Assembly (NCBI RefSeq): GCF_000195855.1
Contig: NC_002677.1
Span: forward strand, 180,001-212,000
DNA: 32,000 bases
Source: Mycobacterium leprae TN
GTDB taxonomy: Bacteria > Actinomycetota > Actinomycetes > Mycobacteriales > Mycobacteriaceae
Direction of reading: 5' to 3'
The translations under genes and the position numbers were made by a program. Shown here piece by piece: positions 31,150 through 32,000 of the stretch (position 1 is the stretch's first letter; each line of letters opens with the position of its first letter). The notes under the pieces are model-generated. The model searched no databases and had not been told where the DNA came from. It was given only the letters and a program-made list of their open reading frames with translations.

Positions 31150-32000
31150 TCAGCTCGTACGCCCTCGTTCTGTCCGGTAGCGACGAACCAGCGTATCAGT
31201 GGAGCTGTCCAACTGTTGCGCGGGCGAGGCGTTGCCAGTAATTACCGGAAGCAGTGCTTCGGCTTGTTTCTTGCCCAGCTCCACACCCCACTGGTCGAAC
31301 GAGTCGATGCCCCAAATCACGCCCTCGGTGAACACCTGATGCTCGTAGAGTGCTATCAGTTGGCCCAACACCGACGGGGTGAGTCGGTTGGCCAGGATCG
31401 ATGTTGTCGGACGATTTCCAGGCATTACCTTGTGTGGAACAACTTCGGCGGGTGTACCTTCTGCTGCGATTTCTTCCGCAGTTTTGCCGAATGCCAGCAC
31501 TTGGGTCTGAGCGAAGAAATTGCTCATTAACAGATCGTGCATGCTGCCGATGCCATCGACAGTTGGCAAATCGTCGATAGGTTGGCTGAATCCGATGAAA
31601 TCGGCCGGAACCAGCCGGGTGCCCTGATGCAGCAACTGGTAAAAAGCGTGTTGACCATTGGTTCCCGTTTCGCCCCAATAGATTTCACCGGTATTGGTAG
31701 TGACTGGCGTGCCGTCAGCGCGCGTCGACTTACCGTTGGATTCCATAGTTAGCTGTTGCAGATAGGCCGCGAAACGCGCCAAGTCGTTGGAATACGGCAG
31801 CACGGCTCGTGATTGTGCACCCAAGAAATCAGAGTACCACAGTCCGATCAGGCCGAGCAGCACAGGAGCGTTGGACTCCAATGGCGCGTTCTGGAAATGT
31901 TGGTCAACGATGTGGAAGCCGGACAGGAAATCAGCGAAAGACTCTCGCCCGACGACCGCCATCAGCGACAGCCCGATCGCCGAATCGACCGAATAACGGC
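31150..32000 (-). CDS. pgi: Glucose-6-phosphate isomerase, C-terminal part (the 5' end lies beyond the window)
   Basis: The reading frame is open from the window edge ('...[21 protein letters not shown]') to the stop at 31150-31152. PGI hallmark strings are present: '[11 protein letters not shown]', '[15 protein letters not shown]' and '[15 protein letters not shown]'. The ATG at 31962 in the ORF track is internal, not the true start. Confidence 0.93.
   Translation of the reverse strand, partial: RYSVDSAIGLSLMAVVGRESFADFLSGFHIVDQHFQNAPLESNAPVLLGLIGLWYSDFLGAQSRAVLPYSNDLARFAAYLQQLTMESNGKSTRADGTPVTTNTGEIYWGETGTNGQHAFYQLLHQGTRLVPADFIGFSQPIDDLPTVDGIGSMHDLLMSNFFAQTQVLAFGKTAEEIAAEGTPAEVVPHKVMPGNRPTTSILANRLTPSVLGQLIALYEHQVFTEGVIWGIDSFDQWGVELGKKQAEALLPVITGNASPAQQLDSSTDTLVRRYRTERGRTS

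Noticed and set aside
31111-31530. A 139-codon + strand ORF overlapping pgi.
   Set aside because: It is antisense to pgi, which carries the PGI signature strings in the other strand's frame.
1-32000. A search by eye for CRISPR arrays, tRNA/rRNA genes and the RLEP repeat, the last using remembered diagnostic primer sequences.
   Set aside because: I saw no regularly spaced direct repeats, no cloverleaf-compatible or rRNA-like segments, and no match to the RLEP primer strings I recall. The absence is by inspection only; tRNAscan-SE, Infernal and BLAST would be definitive.

Overview
This window reads as a Mycobacterium leprae-type chromosome segment (M. leprae or M. lepromatosis-like); that assignment rests on gene content, synteny and heavy pseudogenisation, not on a database search. 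Positions 27-20571 are a dense, fully intact lipid-virulence block, the phenolic glycolipid / phthiocerol dimycocerosate (PGL/PDIM) module. It contains fadD22, an unsplit pks15/1 and lppX on the + strand, mmpL7 and fadD28 on the - strand, and mas on the + strand. Directly after the mas stop codon the coding signal collapses. For about 10.5 kb (20572-31149) the longest ORF is 255 codons, and only multi-frame gene relics can be recognised. These relics are: (1) a hexapeptide-repeat (Pls/PosA-like) membrane-synthetase remnant; (2) a roughly 2.4-kb repeat-like element carrying a group II intron-type reverse transcriptase/maturase pseudogene, which has imperfect inverted arms, a perfect 22-bp palindrome over the YADD box and a weak domain-V-like hairpin; (3) a PE_PGRS relic; (4) an Fpg/Nei DNA glycosylase pseudogene broken by, among other lesions, a perfect 17-bp tandem duplication; and (5) a short-chain dehydrogenase pseudogene. 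The window ends inside an intact pgi on the - strand, with its 5' part beyond the window. I found no rRNA, tRNA or CRISPR array. I found no intact multi-gene system that looks novel. The most unusual object is the dead RT element, and several tracts (20572-22789, 23879-24699, 27086-28910) remain unassigned.
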